Shown piece after piece: positions 46,090 through 53,871 of a stretch of DNA of 64,000 nt. The translations under genes were made by a program, and so were the position numbers. The number at the start of each line of letters is the position of its first letter. The first letter of the stretch is position 1. A model generated the notes under the pieces. It was not told the origin of the DNA. It did no database searches and saw only the letters and a list, made by a program, of their open reading frames with translations. This DNA is from an uncultured virus (IMG/VR IMGVR_UViG_3300011754_000016) (Duplodnaviria > Heunggongvirae > Uroviricota > Caudoviricetes), in IMG/VR virus record IMGVR_UViG_3300011754_000016, positions 1-64,000 of that record; one strand, written 5' to 3'.

Positions 46090-48492
46090 TCAACGCCCCT
46101 TGGTTATACCATTGCCAAGATTTCGGATAGTCACATCACCTTCTTTGACGAAGCCGGCAAGACCACCGGGGGCGCTTTGGGCGGCAATATGAACGGTTGA
46201 TGCGGATGCTTTTTGTATGCCAGTCACACTGCCACTGCTGTTATGAACTGGCTTGAATAGTGTTTGCATCTGACCTTGTTGACCATTTTCACCAAAACTA
46301 CCACCGTCCCCGCCATGATTATCATAAACACTGATACTAGGGTTTTGTATTGAAGGGAATAATTGCCACTGAAATATACCTAGACCATATTGCGCGCCAC
46401 CTAACCCCTTATCTAATTTGGTAGCATCGGTTGACATGCGAAACGGCAGTGTTTTATTCTGCGATGAAGTTCCTAAATATAAATAATATTCGTTATATGA
46501 AGAGGTATACGGCTCAATAGGTTTAAGGTTCTTATCAAGTGGTATAACAAACCAACGCGTATTATCTTGATTGTCTGCCTTATCCGACAAAGGGAAGTCG
46601 TAATCGTCAAGACCAGCACTACTTTTGCCTAATACATTCGCCAAAGCCTTATCAGCATTTTGTTGAATGTCAAAGTAAGGTGGATCTCTAAATGGTGGTT
46701 TGTTTCTAACCTTGTTCAAAACCGTGGGATCAGATAAATGAGATTTTACTGTATGCTCATTTGGCGAACTTAATCCGAAAGGCGCGCCGCCACCTGTGCC
46801 GCCACCGCCGCAAATTAATTCTTCATGCGAGGCATCAAGGTTGAAAAACATCCCCATACCGCCACCACCACCACCACCGCCAGCAACGACGCCATAGTTA
46901 TCGACGTTAAAATCACCCTTTAAACATATACCGCCATCTTTTCCGGCTTCAGCGGGTACAACCTGCTTGGTTTGGGCGACAGTGTTGATATATCCATCAG
47001 TGCCAAATGGCGCAATAAATGCTTTTTTAATGTAAGCGCTTCGCCCGCCATCACCACCGCGACCTAAAATACGACCTCGGTTCTCGACCGTTGGTGGCGA
47101 CTCCGCCGACCAATTCACGCCCGCTTGAATGGCAGGTGTTTGCGTGTCCGGCGCAACAATATCTACGCCATTATCCACGATAAAGCGAATGTTATCGCTT
47201 GCCAGCGGATAAGCGCCGAACTGCGCTTTGTAGTATTCATCAAGAACAATGCCGTCATTGGTAGACTGGCTGATATGAACCACGGTTTCGTTGTGACCAG
47301 CATCAGCAATGGGCACGTTGATCGATAGATTGGCTGGCGCGCCGACCGTCAGTCGAACGTATTTTTGCGGATCGACTTCGTTATTATCTGCAACGGTTTG
47401 AAAGTCAATGACCGCTTGAGCATTTTTGATAATCACGGTTCCGCTATCTGTTTTTTCAGGCGTCGTGATGTCGTCATTGGTTGGATTAAGCTCACCCTCT
47501 TTCACCGTCCAGTCTAGAATCTGACCATCAGGCAAGTTATTAACCGTAATCGTAAATCGTACCGCCTCACCTTCACCAATCGCCACTTTGTTTGATGCCA
47601 CATTCCAAACGGTTTCAATCGGCGCTGATGGGTCGTAACGCTCAAAAACATTGCTCGTTTGCACTGGATAAACGTGTGGGCGGTTAGCTTCGGCTTCCGT
47701 AGTCAAGCCGCGCTGACCAAGTACCAAACTATGCGTTCTAATAAACGGATCGTTTGGGTCACTTGCCAGCATGATTTTGCCAGTGATACGCCGCCAAGCG
47801 GTATCAAGCCCCATCAATTCATCAAATAAGGGTTTTGGATTGGCAGTTTCGTGGGTGTAGTGCAAATAACCAAGCGGAATCATGGTTTGCAAGAGTAATT
47901 GAAAGCGGCTTTTGTCTAAATACTGTGGATGCGGATCAGCGGCGCTTAAATGATTGTCTTGCCACTGTTCAATCGCGCCAATCTTATCATCCACCAAAGT
48001 TTTTGAGGCGTATTGTGGATGCGGATTGGCAGCGGCTAGGTGCTGCTGCATTAGTACGATAGACAAAGCCCCGTTTGGATCAATGCTAACCGTGATATTA
48101 CGGGCATCAATCTCACCAAAAGATAAACCAAATCCCGTCACAAAAGTAACATCGGGATGCAAAGTTATCAGGGGCGCGGTGGCGGAAGCTGCGACCGCAA
48201 ATAAAACGTTGTTATCGGTCATTAAACCGATTTCATACACCTCGGTCACCGTATCAGCCGTTAAGCTACCAGTAAATCTAAGTGTATTGCTGGCAAGCTC
48301 AACGCCGCCACTAACAATCGCTTCACGCTTGATCTCGGTCTTAAGCGTGGTTTCATTGCCATCTGGCGTGTATTTTTCCGAACCAATAGCGACTTGGGTA
48401 AGGTTGACTTTGATTTGCGCCGAATCAGCATTGGCATTGAGCGCGGCTTGCTTGCCAGCTTCCGTGATTTTAAAAATAATAGGTTGACTCAT
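46090..48492 (-). CDS. Tail fibre with a glycine-rich gp38-like adhesin C-terminus
   Basis: ITEAGK..EIGL..LFAV collar domain, HLAAANPHPQY/HLSAADPHPQY repeats, NRGRILGRGGDGG, AGGGGGGGG, GGGAPFG. Confidence 0.85.
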   Translation of the reverse strand: MSQPIIFKITEAGKQAALNANADSAQIKVNLTQVAIGSEKYTPDGNETTLKTEIKREAIVSGGVELASNTLRFTGSLTADTVTEVYEIGLMTDNNVLFAVAASATAPLITLHPDVTFVTGFGLSFGEIDARNITVSIDPNGALSIVLMQQHLAAANPHPQYASKTLVDDKIGAIEQWQDNHLSAADPHPQYLDKSRFQLLLQTMIPLGYLHYTHETANPKPLFDELMGLDTAWRRITGKIMLASDPNDPFIRTHSLVLGQRGLTTEAEANRPHVYPVQTSNVFERYDPSAPIETVWNVASNKVAIGEGEAVRFTITVNNLPDGQILDWTVKEGELNPTNDDITTPEKTDSGTVIIKNAQAVIDFQTVADNNEVDPQKYVRLTVGAPANLSINVPIADAGHNETVVHISQSTNDGIVLDEYYKAQFGAYPLASDNIRFIVDNGVDIVAPDTQTPAIQAGVNWSAESPPTVENRGRILGRGGDGGRSAYIKKAFIAPFGTDGYINTVAQTKQVVPAEAGKDGGICLKGDFNVDNYGVVAGGGGGGGGMGMFFNLDASHEELICGGGGTGGGAPFGLSSPNEHTVKSHLSDPTVLNKVRNKPPFRDPPYFDIQQNADKALANVLGKSSAGLDDYDFPLSDKADNQDNTRWFVIPLDKNLKPIEPYTSSYNEYYLYLGTSSQNKTLPFRMSTDATKLDKGLGGAQYGLGIFQWQLFPSIQNPSISVYDNHGGDGGSFGENGQQGQMQTLFKPVHNSSGSVTGIQKASASTVHIAAQSAPGGLAGFVKEGDVTIRNLGNGITKGR

Positions 48493-48540
48493 GAAATCGT
48501 CCGGTAGTCCAATTCAGTGATGCAGTATTGCCTTAGTTTT

Positions 48541-48581
48541 ATTCTACCGTGACTTTTTACTGCTACTTTCTGCCGTTCCAA
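48541..48581 (-). promoter_or_regulatory. Late promoter motif (tail fibre)
   Basis: TTGGAACGGC, then TAGAAT 28 nt after GGAAC. Confidence 0.7.
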
Positions 48582-50546
48582 TCAAAGCGCATCGGCAATC
48601 GCATCTAACTCATTCCAATCATCAGCCGTTGCGCTGGTACCGCTAAACTCAACCGCGCGAACCGGTGAATAGCTAATGCCTTCCAAGTTGCCAAAGGCGA
48701 AGGTATCGGCAATATCCGGTGACTCAATACCTTGCTTTTCCATGTCTTTTTTACTGACCAAGCCCCACCGTGATTGATCGTCAAAATAATACGGCAATCG
48801 GCTAAGCTGAGTTTCAAGATTGCTTATCAGGTTAAACTTGCGCTTCACTTTTTTATCAATACTAAAAATACCGCGTTCAATATTTCGCGCGGTGGTGACA
48901 TAGGCGTGACTGCGCTTATTCACGTACTCACGCTTTAAGCTGTTATTAAAACAAGGCACGCCCCAATGCACTTCATGAAAATGCAAACCTTCAGCCTTGA
49001 GTGATTGGCAAAGCCCAAGCCCCGCCCCAATGGGATCAATGACTACGGTTGCGCCAGGGTATTCAGCAACGGCGGCATAAATCTTGGCTTTAATTTCAGT
49101 GATGATGGCGCGGCTGTCAAACAGCGGAATATCCACCACGTGAATATGACGCTCAATTCGCCCTTTGTATTTCTTATCAACGACTTTAAGCACCGTAATC
49201 ACGCTGCTATCGCGCCCAACGCCGCCGCCAACGTCGCAAGTGATGATATAGCCGTAATCATCGTCATCGGTCACTACCGGCGCGCGCGCCAGCATAGCAC
49301 TGACTTCTGAACGCGTGAGTAGATACTTGCCCTTTAACTCAGGGAATTTGCCGCGGATGCGGATCAGGTAGCCGGGATGATCGCGGCTACCATACTGATA
49401 CAGCGCCTCAACAAGCTTTTTCTCGCTGACCAGTGGCGACATTTCGCCGTTAAACTCAAGCGCAATCCAAACGCCGCCGTTTTTGTAGCTTAACTTGTGG
49501 TGAGTATCATAAAAAAAGCCAGTTTCAAGCGCGGGCTGGCTGGTTAATACGGCGCGGTTATTTTCATGCGTCAACGCGCCAATAGCAACTTCCATCACCG
49601 CGTCATCAATACCGCAAGCTTCATCTGCCCAAACCATGTAATGATCGCCATGCTGACCGGCAATGTTGGTTGGTTGGTGCTTTGGTGCGGTTTTAGCAAA
49701 GACAAACCACGTATCTTTAAACCCCTTGATGTAGATTTTTTCAGCTTGGTTGACCACAAAGTCTGCAAGCCAGCCCAAATCTTTATTATTTTTCAATCGC
49801 TGCAAACAGATATTAATCTCTTTCCAAACGACCGTTTTTAGCTGACCGATTTGAGGCGCGGTAAACAGCATGACCGATTCGGGATAAAAAAGCAGATGCC
49901 AAAGCGCGATGATTCCAGCGGAGCGTGATTTTCCGGTATTGTGCAAAACCGTGCCATCAGCACCTAAAAACTGACCGTTGCCATCTAAAGCAAAGCCGTA
50001 ATAATCACCCTCGCCAAGCGCTTCAACGCGGCAAACTGGCAAGTCAATATAGATGCCATTGATAAAGCGATAGCAATAAAACCCAATGCCGCCACCATCT
50101 TGCAGATACTCTCGAACCGAAAGCGTTTTAACCTTGCCGGCGCGTCGCAAGCATAGAATATGACTTTCGTTAAATACATGGCTTGAGCCGTCGCTATAAG
50201 TGAAGCGATATAGATTTTCACGCCCCCTTACCAAATCAATCACATCACGCGGCGTTACCCCGTCATCACCCATGATTGCATCATCAACGGTGATGTCTTG
50301 AATAGCTTTATTGCTACCATCAGCAAGCTTGATTAAAGTACCATAACCAAAGCAGCCATGACCTGACGCCACCGACGTTCGACTGCCGGGAATAGCGATT
50401 GAGTCAAACAGCAATTCTTGCTGCCAAGTCACCGCCTGACCTTGCTCAGCGGTCATCCCTAAAGCTTCTACCGCAAAGCGCGTGATGTCGTAGCGATAGC
50501 GCTCGCAAGCCTCAAACCACTCGGGCAACTCAAGCAAGTTATTCAT
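48582..50546 (-). CDS. terL: Terminase large subunit (PacB-like) containing an intein
   Basis: Walker A SGHG|TGKS, Walker B VWADEA, nuclease DVGGGVGRD..SPDIAD. Confidence 0.92.
   Translation of the reverse strand: MNNLLELPEWFEACERYRYDITRFAVEALGMTAEQGQAVTWQQELLFDSIAIPGSRTSVASGHGCFGYGTLIKLADGSNKAIQDITVDDAIMGDDGVTPRDVIDLVRGRENLYRFTYSDGSSHVFNESHILCLRRAGKVKTLSVREYLQDGGGIGFYCYRFINGIYIDLPVCRVEALGEGDYYGFALDGNGQFLGADGTVLHNTGKSRSAGIIALWHLLFYPESVMLFTAPQIGQLKTVVWKEINICLQRLKNNKDLGWLADFVVNQAEKIYIKGFKDTWFVFAKTAPKHQPTNIAGQHGDHYMVWADEACGIDDAVMEVAIGALTHENNRAVLTSQPALETGFFYDTHHKLSYKNGGVWIALEFNGEMSPLVSEKKLVEALYQYGSRDHPGYLIRIRGKFPELKGKYLLTRSEVSAMLARAPVVTDDDDYGYIITCDVGGGVGRDSSVITVLKVVDKKYKGRIERHIHVVDIPLFDSRAIITEIKAKIYAAVAEYPGATVVIDPIGAGLGLCQSLKAEGLHFHEVHWGVPCFNNSLKREYVNKRSHAYVTTARNIERGIFSIDKKVKRKFNLISNLETQLSRLPYYFDDQSRWGLVSKKDMEKQGIESPDIADTFAFGNLEGISYSPVRAVEFSGTSATADDWNELDAIADAL
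49938..50354 (-). other. Mini-intein (139 aa) in the TerL P-loop
   Basis: Starts CFGYGT, block B FNESHIL, block F YYGFALDG, ends VLHN before +1 Thr; no endonuclease domain. Confidence 0.92.
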
Positions 50547-50564
50547 AATTAAAACCGCTAAACG

Positions 50565-51098
50565 CTAAACGCTAAACGGCAATATCCCGCCGTCAAAATC
50601 ATCATCGCCATCATCAACCGCATCGTCAGGCAAGGTAATGATGTAACCGCCATGCGCCATCCTTGCCGCCCAAACTGCAAGCAAAATGGCAATATGACCG
50701 TTATTCATTCCCATTGAGTCAAACTCTAATGCGCGCCCGCGCTCATCAACCTTTCGCGTTTGAATGACGTTTGACGGCTCATAATGGCGCAGTGAATCAT
50801 CAATCTTAAGCGTTTTGGCACTGACCGCTGCCTTATAAGCCGCCATCACCGCCTGCATATTGTCTTTTTCAGAAAAAGACAACCCCCAATGCTTAAACAC
50901 CGCTGGCGTGTCGGTCACCACCATGGTGTCGTCCTTTGGCTTGGGCTGCTCGCTCCAATCTGCAGTGCGCCGAATGTTTATCAAGCTGCTATTGCTCAGC
51001 GTCACACCAAGAACGCGCACCGGCTCACCATCGTAACCGGCAGCGCGTGAATCAATGATGATGATGTTTGGGTTTTTTTCTGCTGCCGGCGCTGTCAT
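50565..51098 (-). CDS. Hypothetical late protein
   Basis: 177 aa, coupled to the upstream gene. Confidence 0.65.
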   Translation of the reverse strand: MTAPAAEKNPNIIIIDSRAAGYDGEPVRVLGVTLSNSSLINIRRTADWSEQPKPKDDTMVVTDTPAVFKHWGLSFSEKDNMQAVMAAYKAAVSAKTLKIDDSLRHYEPSNVIQTRKVDERGRALEFDSMGMNNGHIAILLAVWAARMAHGGYIITLPDDAVDDGDDDFDGGILPFSV

Positions 51099-51985
51099 CG
51101 GGTCATGTCCGTTTCGGTGATAATTCGGGTTTCAGGGTCAATGGTGACGCGCGTATGGCGTCCAGCCTCCTCCTCGATGGCGTCCGCCTCGATCACGTAC
51201 TTGCCCAAAACATCCGGCGGCGTGATATTACCTTCAATCGGCGGCAATCCCGGTGGAATACTACCGTCCGGCTCGCCAGTGTCGGTAATGTCATCACCAT
51301 AAGCGCCCAGACCTACAATAATTGGCTCAGTACCTGCAATCACGCAATCAATTGTCACCGCAAAGACGTTTTTAATGCCGGTATCGGCTTTGTCCGGATA
51401 AAGCGTGTTCTCGATCACCCGAAAATCCCAAATATCGCGGATAACGCTTGTTCCGGCGTAGCCCACCTCATAAGCCACTTTGACGGCGCGTTTGCCTTCA
51501 TGTTTCCAAAAGTTAACAAACTGATTGGCGATGGCAGCGCAGGCATGCTCACTTGGCGCAAAAAACGCCACCTGACAGCGGTAACTTGCTGGCGTGGTTC
51601 GCATTTGAACGGCGCGCTGCAAAGGGTCGCTAGGTACAACAACGTCCTGCCAGTTTGGAAAGCCAATCACCACATCACGCTCAGGTGGATTTTCAAGAGC
51701 GCTGATGGCGGTGATCATGACCGGCAAGCTGACCGACGCGCCGGCATGACTCTTGCCAGCATTGGCAGCGTTATCGGTTTGCTGAACGCTTTTAAGCAGC
51801 GCCTCAACATCATCCATCATGTTGGTTCGTGACACGATAATGGCTTGCTCGATGCGCCGGCGCTTCCAATTAGTGATGGCGGTTTGGCTGGATGGCGAGC
51901 ACCATTGGCGAAAATCACGAAGCTTTAAGCCCCACGCCATTTGAATCGACTCACGCGGCGATAGTAAGCGGCTAATATTACTCAT
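51095..51985 (-). CDS. Putative tail terminator/completion protein
   Basis: 296 aa; LPVMIT..YRCQVAFF pattern. Confidence 0.5.
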   Translation of the reverse strand: MSNISRLLSPRESIQMAWGLKLRDFRQWCSPSSQTAITNWKRRRIEQAIIVSRTNMMDDVEALLKSVQQTDNAANAGKSHAGASVSLPVMITAISALENPPERDVVIGFPNWQDVVVPSDPLQRAVQMRTTPASYRCQVAFFAPSEHACAAIANQFVNFWKHEGKRAVKVAYEVGYAGTSVIRDIWDFRVIENTLYPDKADTGIKNVFAVTIDCVIAGTEPIIVGLGAYGDDITDTGEPDGSIPPGLPPIEGNITPPDVLGKYVIEADAIEEEAGRHTRVTIDPETRIITETDMTR

Positions 51986-51994
51986 AACGCCTCC

Positions 51995-52912
51995 TTAGCG
52001 GTGTCTAAACACGCGTGGGCGTTCGCGTTGGGCAGTTGTTGTTTCTTGCTTGGCTTGCTGGCTTGTTTTGAGATCATTATCACTGGTGCCTTGACTCATA
52101 AAGCCGTCCCAATCTGCCACAAGTTCGCTAAACGGCTGGCTTGGACAAATTAAGCTGTCAAACACTTCAAGCTCACGCGCCGCGCGTTTTTGGCGCAATT
52201 GCTCAAGCTTTTGATCACGATTAATCAAGGCATTTTGAGCAGCCATTGCCTCGTTTTGGTAGTGATTAACTATCGTTTGCGAGGATAGGGCGGTACTGAT
52301 GCTGTCAAACTGGCTTAAGATTGCCGTTTCAAGGGCGCTAAGCAGGGCGGCGCGCTCAGGCGTGATGTTATCTGTGCTATCAAACGCCATTTCGCCATCG
52401 GCATTTTCGACAAATAAAGCGTCAAACATACCGCCACCACGATTGGTATTGTAGTTGGGGCGGTTGACGTAATCGTAACCATGAAATCCGGTCACATCAT
52501 AAAGACCAGTATTATTTTTACGGCGGATAATAGCGCTGCTAAAGCCGCCGGCATTGCTACTATAAAGTCCTAGTGAGTACTTGCCGGCGTCCGTTTCTAA
52601 AAACTCATGCTGAGTGGTGACCGTACCATCACTGCTAGCCGATAGTTTGATGGTACGAAAAGCAGGCTCAATGCGGATATTCTCACCAGTTTGTGGATTA
52701 ACCCAAACGTCCGGCGGATTCATGCCAAATCGCGCCCGCGTTTCGTGACCGTAATAGCCAAACATATCGCCATTTTTAACCAATTCTTGCGTATCAGGCG
52801 CGTTAATACGCTCAATCATTGACGCAATATCTAAATCCGACCTATCCGTTCCCGTGTGAGCGCGGTCACGGTCAGCTAGATTGTAGCTAATAACCCGTGT
52901 TTTTTTTAACAT
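51995..52912 (-). CDS. Putative prohead protease (P1 Pro-like)
   Basis: GYYGH, HEFLET..G, GGFSSA, GYDYVNRPNY; likely start MLKKTR downstream of the late promoter. Confidence 0.75.
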   Translation of the reverse strand: MLKKTRVISYNLADRDRAHTGTDRSDLDIASMIERINAPDTQELVKNGDMFGYYGHETRARFGMNPPDVWVNPQTGENIRIEPAFRTIKLSASSDGTVTTQHEFLETDAGKYSLGLYSSNAGGFSSAIIRRKNNTGLYDVTGFHGYDYVNRPNYNTNRGGGMFDALFVENADGEMAFDSTDNITPERAALLSALETAILSQFDSISTALSSQTIVNHYQNEAMAAQNALINRDQKLEQLRQKRAARELEVFDSLICPSQPFSELVADWDGFMSQGTSDNDLKTSQQAKQETTTAQRERPRVFRHR

Positions 52913-52947
52913 GAAAAAACCCCTTAAAACTATGATGATTGCCATCT

Positions 52948-52989
52948 ATTTTAAGGGGTGATTAAGGAGTGGCTGGCTTGCTGTTCCAA
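52948..52989 (-). promoter_or_regulatory. Late promoter motif (protease-terL operon)
   Basis: TTGGAACAGC, then TAAAAT 29 nt after GGAAC. Confidence 0.75.
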
Positions 52990-52995
52990 GCTTAG

Positions 52996-53871
52996 TTATT
53001 CATACTCCGGCGCATCAACAGTCACTTGGTCGGCAGCGTCAGCACTTGCGGAGTCAACTTCGTAATCATCATAATTGTTATTCGTATCATCCGCTTGCCG
53101 GCGCGCCTCGTTGTCTGCCACCATATCGCGGAAATGCTGATCAACCTCTGCAATATGTTTTTTAGTTTCAATATCGCGCTGTTCTTGCGCCGCCATTGCC
53201 TCTTGCTTCTTGGTGGCATTGCGCTCAAATAATTGCCTCTGAAATACATCCGCGCCAGCAACCGTTGCAAGCATCTTGGTCAAGCCGTTATCCCAATAAC
53301 GGTAGCTTTGTTGTTGATCACCATTTTCAGTAAAACTTGATGCGATCTTATAGCGGATCTGCGTGCTAATTGTATTATCTTGGACGCTCATTTCGGTCAC
53401 ATTGTAAGGGTTTAGCCCCAATCCCAAATATGAGCCGTTATACCTGTGGTTTTCGATGGAATTGGCGGTTTTAGTGACGATTTTAGGGTCAGTTTCATTG
53501 TCACCATAGTAGCTGATAGTTGTCTGGGCGGTGCAGTCCACGCTGTCATCAACCTGATAGTTAGGCGCACTGATATAGTCAAACTCAATAGCGATATTAT
53601 CAATCAGGCTTACAAATTCCGGCTGAGCACCGCGCTTGTTGCTTAGCAGCTCAAACGCCCTTGATTTAAAGTTATCACGAATACCATCAAGCACCCAAGA
53701 TTGCAGGCATGGATTGTCGCTTTTCGCTTTTTCATCTGCCGAAAAAGGCAAGCCGGCAGCATCATCTGCCACCGGCTCAACTTCATCGTCAATATTTTTC
53801 TGAGCACAAGCACTTAATAATAACGCCAAACTAACCCCACCGATCTTGCCCCAAACCGCCGGTAATTGCAT
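52996..53871 (-). CDS. Lipoprotein
   Basis: Signal peptide with lipobox LLLSAC; the ORF-track extension to 54216 overlaps the tape-measure gene and is unlikely. Confidence 0.7.
   Translation of the reverse strand: MQLPAVWGKIGGVSLALLLSACAQKNIDDEVEPVADDAAGLPFSADEKAKSDNPCLQSWVLDGIRDNFKSRAFELLSNKRGAQPEFVSLIDNIAIEFDYISAPNYQVDDSVDCTAQTTISYYGDNETDPKIVTKTANSIENHRYNGSYLGLGLNPYNVTEMSVQDNTISTQIRYKIASSFTENGDQQQSYRYWDNGLTKMLATVAGADVFQRQLFERNATKKQEAMAAQEQRDIETKKHIAEVDQHFRDMVADNEARRQADDTNNNYDDYEVDSASADAADQVTVDAPEYE

Noticed and set aside
46090..48492. Diversity-generating retroelement or invertible tail-fibre cassette
   Set aside because: No reverse transcriptase, template repeat, invertase or inverted fibre copy in the window
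51068..51832. 254-aa plus-strand ORF and other long antisense ORFs (47954-48487, 55269-55724, 35371-35838)
   Set aside because: They shadow well-supported minus-strand genes and lack motifs or an RBS
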